From Acidobacteriota bacterium (lineage in GTDB: Bacteria; Acidobacteriota; Terriglobia; Terriglobales; Acidobacteriaceae), in assembly GCA_013288805.1 (NCBI GenBank), contig JABDBE010000001.1, positions 26,182 to 90,181 of the forward strand: DNA of 64,000 nucleotides. Direction: 5' to 3'. The translations under genes were made by a program, and so were the position numbers. The stretch's first letter is position 1. Every line of letters begins with the position of its first letter. Under the pieces are notes generated by a model. The model had not been told where the DNA came from. It saw only the letters and a program-made list of their open reading frames with translations, and made no database searches. This document shows, piece after piece, positions 35,892 to 45,502 of this stretch.

Positions 35892-37475
35892 CTAGACGAT
35901 TACCTTTGTAATACTTTTCGGAATAGACGAACGAGGACGCCCCTCCTCCTCACTGCAATTGGCTTTGATGATGACCGACGTGATGTCGTCGTCTTGCGGA
36001 TCGCCTTGCACGAAGGCTCGGGTGGCGTGGTAGATACCGTCGGCAATATTCGCAGCCGGATCGTGATTGTGGGCATGAACATAGTCGAGGACACGTTGGG
36101 TGCCGAATTGGTGTCCGTCGGGCGTGGTCGATTCTGGGACGCCATCAGTGAGAAACAGCGCGATTTCTCCGGCGGCGAGGCGAATTGTATCGCGCAATGC
36201 AAACTTACTTCCGGAGAAAAGACCAAGCGGTGGGCCGGTGCTATCCAGAGTGCACTTTACCTTACCCGATTCGAGGAACACGAAGCCGGGGACGTGGTCG
36301 GCGCTGGCATATGACAAGCTGCGAGGATTCAGGTTCAGACGAGCCAGAAAAAGGGTTACGAAATGGCCGTGTTCCAGGTCTTTCAGCAGCATCTGGTTCA
36401 CCCGCGCCAGAATATCGTCAAGCTCCAACTGCATGGCGGCGAAGCAACGCACGTAGGCCCGGGTGAGCGCCATGACCAGGGCGGAGCTGAAGCCATGCCC
36501 CTTGGCATCGGCCACGGCGATCAAGAGAGAGCCATCGGCCATGGAGATGAAATCGAAATAGTCGCCTCCAGTTTCGTCGGCAGGATGTGCGGATCCACCA
36601 ATGTCGAAGCCCGACACTGACGGCGCTGCGGCGTAGAAGCGCTGCTGAACGTCGCGCGCAAGTTGCAGCTGAAACTCCTGTTCTTGTTTTTTCCTTACCT
36701 CGGTGATGTCTTGCGACACGGAGACAAAATGGGTCAGACGCCCCGATTCATCCCGCATGGACGTGATGGTCTGTTGGGCCCAGTAAAGTTCGCCGGTTTT
36801 CTTGCGGTTGATGACCATGCCCTTGAAGGCGGCTCCATGAGTGAACTGATCCCACATTTGCCGATAGAATTCCGCGTCGTGCAGGCCCGATCTCAAGATT
36901 CTCGGAGTCTGTCCCATGGCTTCTTCCCGGCTGTAGCCGGTGGTCGCTTCGAAGGCCGGATTCACGTACTGGATGACGCCCTCGGTATCGGTCAACACGA
37001 CACTGTCGGCAGTCTGCTCAATTACGCGGGCAAGCAGGGTGAAACTCTGCAAAGCCTGGCGACCTTGGGTGAAATCGTGGAATATCATGACCCCGCCAGA
37101 GACTGCGCCAGCGGTATCTTTCAGGGGCCACGCGTTTACCCGGATCCAAACTCCGGGTCGCTGTTCCGAGCTACGCACGAAAATGAGCTCATCGCTAATC
37201 TTCTCTCCGCGGATAGCTCGAACCAAGGGCAGCTGATCGTGCGGTACGAGCGAGATCTGGTCGGGAAGGTACCAGCCTTCGAGAGATGTGTATGCGTAAG
37301 GTGAAGCGTCCACAATACCAATCCCCAAGAGCTTCTCGGCGGCGGGATTGGTGAATAAAAGTCTGCCATCCTCATCGGCGACGATCACGCCCCAGGGTAG
37401 GCTTTCGAAAATCACTTGCAGCGCGTCGGATTGCAGGGCGAGCGCTTCATATCTGTATTCGATCGTGGTTGGCAA
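35892..37475 (-). CDS. PAS-PAS-PP2C (SpoIIE-type) protein phosphatase
   Basis: Two PAS domains, then GGDYFDF...DGVPE PP2C motifs. TTG start. Confidence 0.85.
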   Translation of the reverse strand: MPTTIEYRYEALALQSDALQVIFESLPWGVIVADEDGRLLFTNPAAEKLLGIGIVDASPYAYTSLEGWYLPDQISLVPHDQLPLVRAIRGEKISDELIFVRSSEQRPGVWIRVNAWPLKDTAGAVSGGVMIFHDFTQGRQALQSFTLLARVIEQTADSVVLTDTEGVIQYVNPAFEATTGYSREEAMGQTPRILRSGLHDAEFYRQMWDQFTHGAAFKGMVINRKKTGELYWAQQTITSMRDESGRLTHFVSVSQDITEVRKKQEQEFQLQLARDVQQRFYAAAPSVSGFDIGGSAHPADETGGDYFDFISMADGSLLIAVADAKGHGFSSALVMALTRAYVRCFAAMQLELDDILARVNQMLLKDLEHGHFVTLFLARLNLNPRSLSYASADHVPGFVFLESGKVKCTLDSTGPPLGLFSGSKFALRDTIRLAAGEIALFLTDGVPESTTPDGHQFGTQRVLDYVHAHNHDPAANIADGIYHATRAFVQGDPQDDDITSVIIKANCSEEEGRPRSSIPKSITKVIV

Positions 37476-37755
37476 GGTTACTCTTCCTTTCGTGGCTGGT
37501 TCGGATATCAGGTGGTTAGCAAAGGTGTGGTCACGGAGGGGAGAGAATAATGGCTAATCAGCACAGATCAAGTATCGGCGGCTCTCGCAGAAAGCTTTAG
37601 GTCTCTGGACGCGTTCCAGATTCCGAGGTTTGGTCCGCAGGAACGCCCGAAAACTTGCAGAGAACAGGAAAATACCCGGGTGCGAGCGGAAGAAAGACGG
37701 AGAACCAGCGGAGAGGTGCAGTTGATTCACTAAGAAACACCGGGAACCGCATCGG

Positions 37756-39009
37756 CTAGGTCAGGTATAACCGGCCGTGATTCATTTTGTGTTGCAGGCC
37801 GGCGGCGAGCTGGTCAATGTCGGCCGCGGCAATGTCACCGCCCATGCGATCTTGCAGGAAGGGCGTGCGGTTGCTGCCGACGGTATCGCGGCGGACTTGC
37901 AGCAGCAAAGCGTGGACTGCGTTGGGGTCAAATTTTTGCGGGGTCAGACGCACGATTTCATTCAGAGTACTGCCAAGCGAAAGGCGTTCGCGATAAGGAC
38001 GCTCGCTGGTCATGGCATCGAAAGTGTCGGCCAGGCCGACGATCCGTACCGGCATGACGACATCTTCGAGAAGCAATCCGTCGGGATAGCCGGAACCGTC
38101 GCTGCGTTCGTGATGCCAGCGCACGATCTCCGGGATGCGCGGCCAGGGAAACTGGACACCACTCACAATTTGATGTCCCACAATTGTGTGGTCCGCCATT
38201 TCGCGAAACTCCTCCGCATCCAGAGAAGTGGGTTTGCCGAAGAGACGCTTATCGACCGCAACCTTGCCGATATCGTGCAAATATCCGGCCGAACGAAGTG
38301 CTGCAACTTCGGGCGGATCCATGCCCATGGCTTCGCCGATGGCGGAGGCGTAGCGCCCGACCCGCAGTGAATGTCCGTGAATGTTGACGTGTTTGACGTC
38401 AATCGCGGTGGCAAAGGCTTCGAGAGCGTTGTCGTAGAAACCATGGAGAGACGCCATGAGGCGCAGATTCTCCGAAACGCGTTGAGCCAAAGTCTGGGTT
38501 AGCGAATGATTGTGCACAGCCAGAGCCACGTAATGGCAAAGCAAATCGAGCGCTTCGAGTTCGCCAGGATCGTAAAGACTATCGCCTTCACGGCGGCCCA
38601 ACGCGATGAGGCCCACCAGTTTACTACCCACCTTCAGGGGGACGATGCATTTGAAGAGCTCCGGAGCAACATTCCCGTTGGCACTCAGGTAAAGATCGTA
38701 GGAACCTGGATCCAGAATCAACGGTTCGCGCGACGAAGTGAGAGCATGAACATGTTTGGGCAGCAGAGGGATCACGGCGGGTTCGGGCATAAGCGCGAAC
38801 CCCTCGGCTGCAATGGAGGTAAGGAGGGAGGGACGGTCGCTGTAGGTGAAAAGCGCGCCTTCGCGGGCACCGCTGGCCTCGAGGGACGCCGATAACATGG
38901 CGGACGCGGTCTGTGGAAACTCGCGCTCGGCGGTCATTTCAGGACCGAGATCGGAGAGAGCTTCGACCGTTCGAAGGAGGCGCCGGAAATTGTCTTTTTG
39001 CAATGGCAC
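37756..39009 (-). CDS. GAF-domain HD-GYP phosphodiesterase
   Basis: GHSLRVGRYA...YLHDIGKVAV...HHERSDGSGYPDGL. Confidence 0.9.
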   Translation of the reverse strand: MPLQKDNFRRLLRTVEALSDLGPEMTAEREFPQTASAMLSASLEASGAREGALFTYSDRPSLLTSIAAEGFALMPEPAVIPLLPKHVHALTSSREPLILDPGSYDLYLSANGNVAPELFKCIVPLKVGSKLVGLIALGRREGDSLYDPGELEALDLLCHYVALAVHNHSLTQTLAQRVSENLRLMASLHGFYDNALEAFATAIDVKHVNIHGHSLRVGRYASAIGEAMGMDPPEVAALRSAGYLHDIGKVAVDKRLFGKPTSLDAEEFREMADHTIVGHQIVSGVQFPWPRIPEIVRWHHERSDGSGYPDGLLLEDVVMPVRIVGLADTFDAMTSERPYRERLSLGSTLNEIVRLTPQKFDPNAVHALLLQVRRDTVGSNRTPFLQDRMGGDIAAADIDQLAAGLQHKMNHGRLYLT

Positions 39010-39141
39010 GCGCTGGACGAGGAAAACCAGAGCAGAAAAAGAGTAACACGCACACCGTTAGCGATCTTGTTAGTTAGTTTGGTGCATAAACAGCAGGAGA
39101 AGCGGGCGACGACAGAACTTCCGGTCACATCGACCGTGGCC

Positions 39142-39717
39142 TTAGCGGCGTGGTTTGCTTGGGATAGCGCTCAATGTCATCTCATCCGCGGGACTTCCAC
39201 TCTGCTTTTTCCATTCGAAGAACAGCTCTGTATAGGTTTTGGTGAGGTAGTCGCTTCGCGCGATTTGCAGCGTCTGCGCAGTTCGATCAATCCAACGCGA
39301 AGGACCCTCGATTTCGCCAAAGTTCCCTATTGGAGTTTCATCCACGACCACCTGTCCCTTGCCGTCGCTCCACTCCGCCCGGAACTTCTCATAGCGAAAG
39401 GTTGGGGCGAATCCGAGGGCGCGCAAGATCGCTTCCATCATGGCGCCATCGGCGACTTTGGTTTCAGTCTCTACGCGCGTCTTGTGCCGTCCCGCTTTGC
39501 CTTTAGCTTTGTGGGTCAGCAGCCACTCGGCTCCGTACTTACGCAAGCGGAGCAACTCGCCGCGTTTCCGGAGCGGTTGACCAGGCAAGTCGTAAAGCGT
39601 GTTCATTTCGTGGGTGCGACGGGTGAGTAAACGGAAGCCAGCTTTTCGCAGCCACCGATTGAGAGCCGACAGATCAGCAACGCGAAACTTGATTTCGATT
39701 TCGTTATGCGAAGCCAT
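39142..39717 (-). CDS. CYTH-domain protein (class IV adenylate cyclase / triphosphatase, CyaB-like)
   Basis: N-terminal NEIEIKFRV (ExExK) motif at Met69 of the track ORF. Confidence 0.85.
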   Translation of the reverse strand: MASHNEIEIKFRVADLSALNRWLRKAGFRLLTRRTHEMNTLYDLPGQPLRKRGELLRLRKYGAEWLLTHKAKGKAGRHKTRVETETKVADGAMMEAILRALGFAPTFRYEKFRAEWSDGKGQVVVDETPIGNFGEIEGPSRWIDRTAQTLQIARSDYLTKTYTELFFEWKKQSGSPADEMTLSAIPSKPRR

Positions 39718-39758
39718 TGAAGTCAGTATAGAAGGCTTCGGGCCACGGTGGTCCGTGA

Positions 39759-40730
39759 CTACGCGAACGTGGGCAGTTTTATGAGGTCGCTTTTGGGGAC
39801 GGGCTCCAGTGCCTGGCCCGCCTTCTTCCATGCCGCTACGCCGCCCACGAGGACGAACGCGTTGAATCCTTGTTCTCGCAGTTGCAGCGCCACCCGGGCG
39901 CTGGTCGCTTCGCGTGCTCAAGTACAGTAGACATAAATGTCTTTGTCCTTGGGTAAAATTTTGAGTTCCTCGGAAAGATTGTTGGGTTCAAGCCGGATGG
40001 ATCCTCTGATGCGCTCCGCGTTCGCGTCGTAGTAGCCGTGGCTGCGGACGTCGAGGATCAGAACCTTGTCCTTTTCTTCGGAGGCTAGCTTGCTTGCCAG
40101 TTCTTCGACTTGCACACGCGGCACCACGCGGTACACCTTGTTTTTGTGGTACAGCCAGACGCGATAAGCGATATAGGCAATAGCGGCTAAGAAAAACACT
40201 TCTCCAAATGCGCGGCTGGCGGCTTGAAATCCTCGTGTGATCGCCGCTACGAAGTCGCGGAACAAAAACCCCATCCCGCTATAGGCCAGGATGTACAGTG
40301 ACGCGCCGGCGGAGTCGAAGCGGAGGAATTGCAGCGGACGCATTCTCATGCTCCCGGCCAGCGGAGGAGCCATGGTGTTGACGCCGGGAATAAACTTGGC
40401 GACCAGAAGCGTAGTCTTCCCGCGTTTGTAGAAAGACTCAGCGGAACGCAGGATGCACGATTCAGGATTAACTGACAAACGACAGAGAAGACCCAGCAGG
40501 CTCCAGCCCATGTAGCGGCCGAGGATGAAGAGCAGTGTGTCCCCAATGAGCGCCGCGCTCAGGGCGACAAAGAGCGCTCTATATATGTTTAGAGTGCCGG
40601 CGGCCGCGGCCGCGCCTGCAGCCACCAACGCCACGGCTGCTGGAACGGGCAATCCGATGGCCTCGCCTAGCACCACCAGGAAGAGCAAAAGATAGCCATG
40701 GTGCGCGATTAGTGAAAAAACGTGGTTCAT
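39759..40730 (-). CDS. DedA-family membrane protein fused to a rhodanese domain, with an in-frame TGA (39918-39920) at the catalytic-loop position: candidate selenoprotein. A conventional call ends at 39918.
   Basis: DedA TM core (residues 1-190) plus a rhodanese domain, ...DKDIYVYCT-TGA-AREATSARVALQLREQGFNAFVLVGGVAAWKKAGQALEPVPKSDLIKLPTFA-TAG. The tail was verified through overlapping track ORFs. Confidence 0.6.
39885..39903 (-). other. SECIS-like hairpin CAGCGCC-CGGGU-GGCGCUG starting 15 nt after the TGA
   Basis: 7-bp all-Watson-Crick stem with a GGU-containing pentaloop. The sequence was cross-checked in two reading frames of the track. Confidence 0.45.
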
Positions 40731-40919
40731 CTTCTGCCCGTTAGATTGAGACTATTAGATCGACGGCCTGATCAAGAAGATTCAATGCCATAGAAGGAAC
40801 AATAATCCATATGGCCGGAAAAGCCAAAACTGAGGTCGCCAGAACCAGCACACATCGGTTCGGGGTAGCCGTTGAAAGCGAGAGTTTTCCGGGCGCTGGG
40901 CGTAGTGCTTGAGTTGTTC

Positions 40920-41924
40920 CTATTTTTCTCTTGCAACTACGAATTCGGGGGCCCACAACAAGGCGCGTTTGATCTCGCTGTCGGGGAAGCTGCAGATTGC
41001 ATTTCGCGCCATCCCCGCGTACTGCATGGCGCGAGCGTTGGCCGCTTCGACCGAGCCATAGCGGTTCAGGATCGCTAGGATTTCTCCATGGGTCACGCCA
41101 TCGAATGCTCGCTCCCGCACGACCTTGCGGATGCGCTCGCGCTCGTGCGACGTGCAGCGCTCGAGCGCATGAATCACGGCCATCGTGACTTTTCCCTCAC
41201 GCAGATCGCTGGCTACGGGCTTGCCCAGCACGTCCTCGGAAGCAGTCAGGTCAAGGACATCGTCCACAAGCTGAAAAGCCATACCAAGATCGCGGCCGTA
41301 CTGCGCGAGGTTCTCTTCCTGCTCTGGAGTCGCTCCGCCGAGGATCGCTCCCATGCGCATGCACACAGAGAAGAGACAAGCGGTTTTGCGGAAAATCAGA
41401 TCGAAGTGTTCGTCCGAAGAAATCAGCTTGCCCAGTTTCTCCATCTGCAGCAATTCGCCTTCGACCATCTGCTGGGTAAGGTCGATCAGGGTGTCGAGGA
41501 TGCGGAAATTTCGCTCTTGCACAGCGATCTTGAACGCCTGCATGTAGAGCCAATCGCCGGCCAGCACGCACTTCGAGTTTCCCCATTGCGTATTGGCAGC
41601 GGGACGGCCACGACGGGTCTGAGCCTCATCGATGATGTCGTCATGGACCAGCGTGGCGGTGTGAATGATTTCGACGACCGCGCCGAGTTTGATGGCGCCG
41701 CGTCCGGGGTAATTGAAGAGTTTGGCGGATAGCAACAAGAGCATGGGACGAATGCGCTTGCCTCCGCCGCTGCGAAGGTATTCGCCAATCTCGGTGATCG
41801 CCTCCACGCCCGAAACCGTATCCCGCCCGAACTCGCGCTCTATAGCAGAGAGGTCGCCGCGCAGCAATTCAAAAATTTCTTTTCCGTCGATGATGGCAGG
41901 CGTACTCAATCGGTTCGTCCCCAA
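40920..41924 (-). CDS. polyprenyl diphosphate synthase (long-chain, IspB-like)
   Basis: LVHDDIIDEAQTRRG and FQLVDDVLD aspartate-rich motifs. Confidence 0.9.
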   Translation of the reverse strand: MGTNRLSTPAIIDGKEIFELLRGDLSAIEREFGRDTVSGVEAITEIGEYLRSGGGKRIRPMLLLLSAKLFNYPGRGAIKLGAVVEIIHTATLVHDDIIDEAQTRRGRPAANTQWGNSKCVLAGDWLYMQAFKIAVQERNFRILDTLIDLTQQMVEGELLQMEKLGKLISSDEHFDLIFRKTACLFSVCMRMGAILGGATPEQEENLAQYGRDLGMAFQLVDDVLDLTASEDVLGKPVASDLREGKVTMAVIHALERCTSHERERIRKVVRERAFDGVTHGEILAILNRYGSVEAANARAMQYAGMARNAICSFPDSEIKRALLWAPEFVVAREK

Positions 41925-41960
41925 TTCAAAAGCCCCATGCGCAGACGTGCCAAAACTTTC

Positions 41961-42458
41961 CTAGTTGGTTCGGTAATTCGTAAACTGGGTATCAATGCCA
42001 AAATCCTGGCCGCGCAGCAGTGCAATGATTTCCTGTAAGGCGTCGCGATCTTTGCCGCTCACTCGCACCAGGTCTCCCTGAATCGAGGCGTTTACTTTTT
42101 TCTTGGAATCCTTAATGACCTTCACGATCTGGCGCGCCTTCTCGATAGGGATGCCTTGCTGCATGGTGATCTTCTGTTTTACCGTGCCCCCGGCGGCGGG
42201 CTCGACCGCTCCGTAGGTCAGGCCCTTCAGAGAGACGCCGCGCTTCACCAGTTTCTGCTGAAAGATTTCTGTGACCGCTTTCAATTTGTATTCGTCAGCG
42301 GAGTGCAGATTGATGGCGTCCTTGCCTTCGAGTTCGATGTTCGACTTCGAGTCTTTCAGATCGAAACGAGTGTGAATTTCTTTTAGCGCCTGCTGCATGG
42401 CGTTCGAAACTTCCTGCAGGTCGAGCTTGCTCACAATGTCAAAAGTGTTCTCTGGCAT
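41961..42458 (-). CDS. yajQ: YajQ-family nucleotide/cyclic-di-GMP-binding protein (UPF0234)
   Basis: 165 aa, FDIVSKLDLQEVSNA N-terminus. Confidence 0.9.
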   Translation of the reverse strand: MPENTFDIVSKLDLQEVSNAMQQALKEIHTRFDLKDSKSNIELEGKDAINLHSADEYKLKAVTEIFQQKLVKRGVSLKGLTYGAVEPAAGGTVKQKITMQQGIPIEKARQIVKVIKDSKKKVNASIQGDLVRVSGKDRDALQEIIALLRGQDFGIDTQFTNYRTN

Positions 42459-42516
42459 GATATTTCGCTTCTAAGTAACAGATTACGCAGCCCCAGCAAA
42501 AGATGCTCTTAACAAG

Positions 42517-43350
42517 CTAAATGGAGTTGAGCTTTTCGTGAAGTGAAAAGAAACGGTAAAAGTTGTTGGCTGTTTGAAAGCCAATGTCCTCCATCGATTG
42601 GCCGCGGATTTCGCCAATCTGCCGCGCCGTTTCTTTTACGAACGACGGCTCGTTGCGCTTGCCTCGATGGGGTACGGGCGCGAGAAATGGCGAGTCGGTC
42701 TCAATCAGCATGCGGTCGAGCGGTACCTGTTTTGCAGCGTCACGAATCGGCTGCGCCTTGGGGAACGTAACGTTGCCGGCGAAAGAGATCATGAATCCCA
42801 TGTCGAGCGCTCGCGTGGCGTGGGCCATGGTTCCGGTGAAACAGTGCAAAATCCCGCCGAGGCCGTTTCCCGCCCAGCGTTCGCGCAACAGCGTCAGGCA
42901 ATCCTCCCACGCATCGTCGGTACCGTCAGACGGGCGGCAGTGGATCACGATGGGGAGCCTGGCCGCTTGCGCCATCTCCAGTTGCCTCAGGAATACTTGT
43001 TGTTGAATGTCGCGTGGTGAATGGTCGTAGAAATAATCCAGCCCGATCTCTCCCCAGGCGATGACTTTGGGTCGCGTTGCCAGTTGCGCCATTTCTTCGA
43101 AATCGGCATCCCGAGCCAGCTTGGCTTCGTGAGGATGAATACCGATCGTCGCATAAATAAAATCGTGCTGTTCGGCGAGTCGAATGGCACAGTCGAGAGA
43201 ACCTGGGCCGGTTCCGCTGCCGATAGCGAGAATCGTCTCGATCCCAGCTTCACGGGCGCGCGCGATCACTTGTTCTCGGTCAGCCTCGAACTGCTCCGTC
43301 TCAAGATGCGCGTGGGAATCGACGAAGATGGGTCGTTGGTCGTTGGTCAT
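42517..43350 (-). CDS. TatD-family metal-dependent hydrolase
   Basis: FVDSHAHL...IGLDY...HCR...ETDSPFL. Confidence 0.9.
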   Translation of the reverse strand: MTNDQRPIFVDSHAHLETEQFEADREQVIARAREAGIETILAIGSGTGPGSLDCAIRLAEQHDFIYATIGIHPHEAKLARDADFEEMAQLATRPKVIAWGEIGLDYFYDHSPRDIQQQVFLRQLEMAQAARLPIVIHCRPSDGTDDAWEDCLTLLRERWAGNGLGGILHCFTGTMAHATRALDMGFMISFAGNVTFPKAQPIRDAAKQVPLDRMLIETDSPFLAPVPHRGKRNEPSFVKETARQIGEIRGQSMEDIGFQTANNFYRFFSLHEKLNSI

Positions 43351-43358
43351 TGGTCGTG
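43331..43358. repeat. tandem heptamer GGTCGTT (4 units)
   Basis: ggtcgtt/ggtcgtt/ggtcatt/ggtcgtg. The array contains the TatD start codon and encodes its first residues, MTNDQRP. Confidence 0.6.
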
Positions 43359-43401
43359 TCGTAATGGACGACTTGCGGATATGCAGGTAAAGACGCTCGC
43401 T

Positions 43402-45426
43402 TTATTTCAATCTCGTCCCGACCGGTACATCTTCCAGGAAGCTTGCCAAGACGGCCTTTCCGCCCTCCGGCGACGCGGCCACAATCATTCCGTTCGATTC
43501 CAGTCCCCGGAGTTTTCTGGGAGCAAGGTTCGCAACGATGACAACTTTTCTCCCGATCAATAACTCCGGCGCGTATGACTCGGCGATTCCGGCCACCACT
43601 TGGCGAACCTCGGTGCCCAAATCAACTTCCAATCTTAGTAACTTATCCGCGCCTTTTACTTTCTCGGCGACTTTGACTTGCCCCACTCGCAGTTCCACCT
43701 TGGCGAAATCTTCGATGCTGATCTTGCTCACGGGAACAGTTGCGGCGTTTGCAGAGGGCGCGGTTGGCGGAGCGACAGCGGAAATCGCGGCCGCGGTGGA
43801 TGCCTCGGGATGCGCTTCGGTTACGGTCGCCCCACTTCGTTGCTGCTCTTCCATTTTCTGCATCCTTTCGATCGCGCTCTTGTCGGCGCGCGGGAATACG
43901 GCTTCGACATTGCCTAACTTCGTGCCCAGTTGGAGTTGTCCCCACTTTAAATCTGAGAGGGGGAACTGGCGAATATCACCCAGTCCCAACTGCGCCCAGA
44001 TTCTCGAAGTCGCGTCGGGAATTACCGGATGAGACAGCGCGGTCACGATGCGCAAGGCTTCGGCGCTGGTATATAAGATCGTCGCCAAGCGCGATCGGCT
44101 TTCTTCATCCTGCTTCTCGCCCAACGCCCAAGGCTCATTTTCAACAATATATTTGTCGACCGCGGCGACTAGACTCCATGCGACTTCCAGAGCGCGAGAA
44201 AACTGATATTGATCTACCAACGTGCTGTACTCGGCGATCACTCTCCGCGCGCTTTCCGCTATAGCGCTGTCTCCCGCTCTTTGCGAGACCGTAGCCGATG
44301 GATACGGAACTTCGCCGCGAAAATATCGCGTGATCATGGTCAGGGTGCGGCTGGCGAGGTTGCCGAGTCCGTTGGCCAGGTCGGCGTTATAGCGCTGGAC
44401 CAGCGCGTCAAAAGAAAAAGATCCATCCTGGCCGAACACGACCTCGCGCAGCAGGAAATAGCGCAGCGCATCCGCGCCAAGCACATCGAGAATTGTCTCC
44501 GTGCGCACGATGTTTCCGCGCGACTTCGACATTTTGCTTTCCTCGAACAGCAGCCAACCGTGCGCCACAATACCTTTGGGCAGCGGAAGCCCAGCTGCCA
44601 TAAGAAACGCGGGCCAATACACACAGTGGAAGCGAACGATCTCCTTGCCAATCATCTGTACATCAGCCGGCCAGTATTTCTTAAACGCTTCCCGAGCGCC
44701 TTCGTGCGACGATCCGTAGCCGATGGCGGTAATGTAGTTTGCCAGCGCGTCGAACCACACGTAAATCACATGCTTAGGATCGTCGGGTACGGGAATGCCC
44801 CAGGAGAATGTCGAACGGCTGATCGACTGATCGCGCAGTCCGCTGCGCACGAATGACATTACTTCATTCCGCCTGGTCTCGGGCCGGATGAAATCGGGTT
44901 GCTCGGTGTAGAGTTGCAGCAGTTTGTCCTGAAACGCGGAAAGTTTGAAAAAGTAATTCTCTTCCTTCACCGTTTCCGTCGGACGTCCGCACTCCGGACA
45001 AGGAGTCCCAGGCTCAACCGCATCCACGTAAAGTTCGTCGAAGACGCAATACTGGCCGCTGTACGTGCCTTTGTAAATGTAGCCATTGTCACGAATGCGC
45101 CGGAAGAGTTCCTGCACTCGCTTTGTGTGACGTTCTTCGGTCGTACGGATAAAGTCGTCGTTGGTGATGCCCATGCGTTTCCACAATGCGCGGAACTGCG
45201 CCGAAACTTCATCGGTATATTCTTGCGGGGTTTTGCCCGCGGCTTCCGCAGCGCGTTCGATCTTCTGCCCATGCTCGTCGGTACCGGTGAGAAAGTAGGT
45301 GTCTGCGCCCAGCATGCGCTGCCGCCGCGCAATCGTGTCGCAGGCAATCGTGGTGTAAGCATGACCGATGTGCGGCCGCGCGTTGACGTAGTAAATCGGA
45401 GTCGTAATGTAGAACTTTTTATTCAT
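43402..45426 (-). CDS. metG: methionine--tRNA ligase (with C-terminal tRNA-binding domain)
   Basis: HIGHAYT and KMSKS motifs. EMAP/Trbp111-like C-terminus. Confidence 0.95.
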   Translation of the reverse strand: MNKKFYITTPIYYVNARPHIGHAYTTIACDTIARRQRMLGADTYFLTGTDEHGQKIERAAEAAGKTPQEYTDEVSAQFRALWKRMGITNDDFIRTTEERHTKRVQELFRRIRDNGYIYKGTYSGQYCVFDELYVDAVEPGTPCPECGRPTETVKEENYFFKLSAFQDKLLQLYTEQPDFIRPETRRNEVMSFVRSGLRDQSISRSTFSWGIPVPDDPKHVIYVWFDALANYITAIGYGSSHEGAREAFKKYWPADVQMIGKEIVRFHCVYWPAFLMAAGLPLPKGIVAHGWLLFEESKMSKSRGNIVRTETILDVLGADALRYFLLREVVFGQDGSFSFDALVQRYNADLANGLGNLASRTLTMITRYFRGEVPYPSATVSQRAGDSAIAESARRVIAEYSTLVDQYQFSRALEVAWSLVAAVDKYIVENEPWALGEKQDEESRSRLATILYTSAEALRIVTALSHPVIPDATSRIWAQLGLGDIRQFPLSDLKWGQLQLGTKLGNVEAVFPRADKSAIERMQKMEEQQRSGATVTEAHPEASTAAAISAVAPPTAPSANAATVPVSKISIEDFAKVELRVGQVKVAEKVKGADKLLRLEVDLGTEVRQVVAGIAESYAPELLIGRKVVIVANLAPRKLRGLESNGMIVAASPEGGKAVLASFLEDVPVGTRLK

Positions 45427-45502
45427 TTGCTCATTTCAGCAACGGTAAGGAATTCTGATGCTTTCCTTCGCGAAGATTGGTGCGCTTTTGTTGATGATTT
45501 TT

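Noticed and set aside
39913-39926. The 14-nt string CGTGCTCAAGTACA spanning the rhodanese TGA also occurs at about 21794-21807.
   Set aside because: Tens of 14-mer coincidences are expected by chance in 64 kb when both strands are counted. The flanks do not match.
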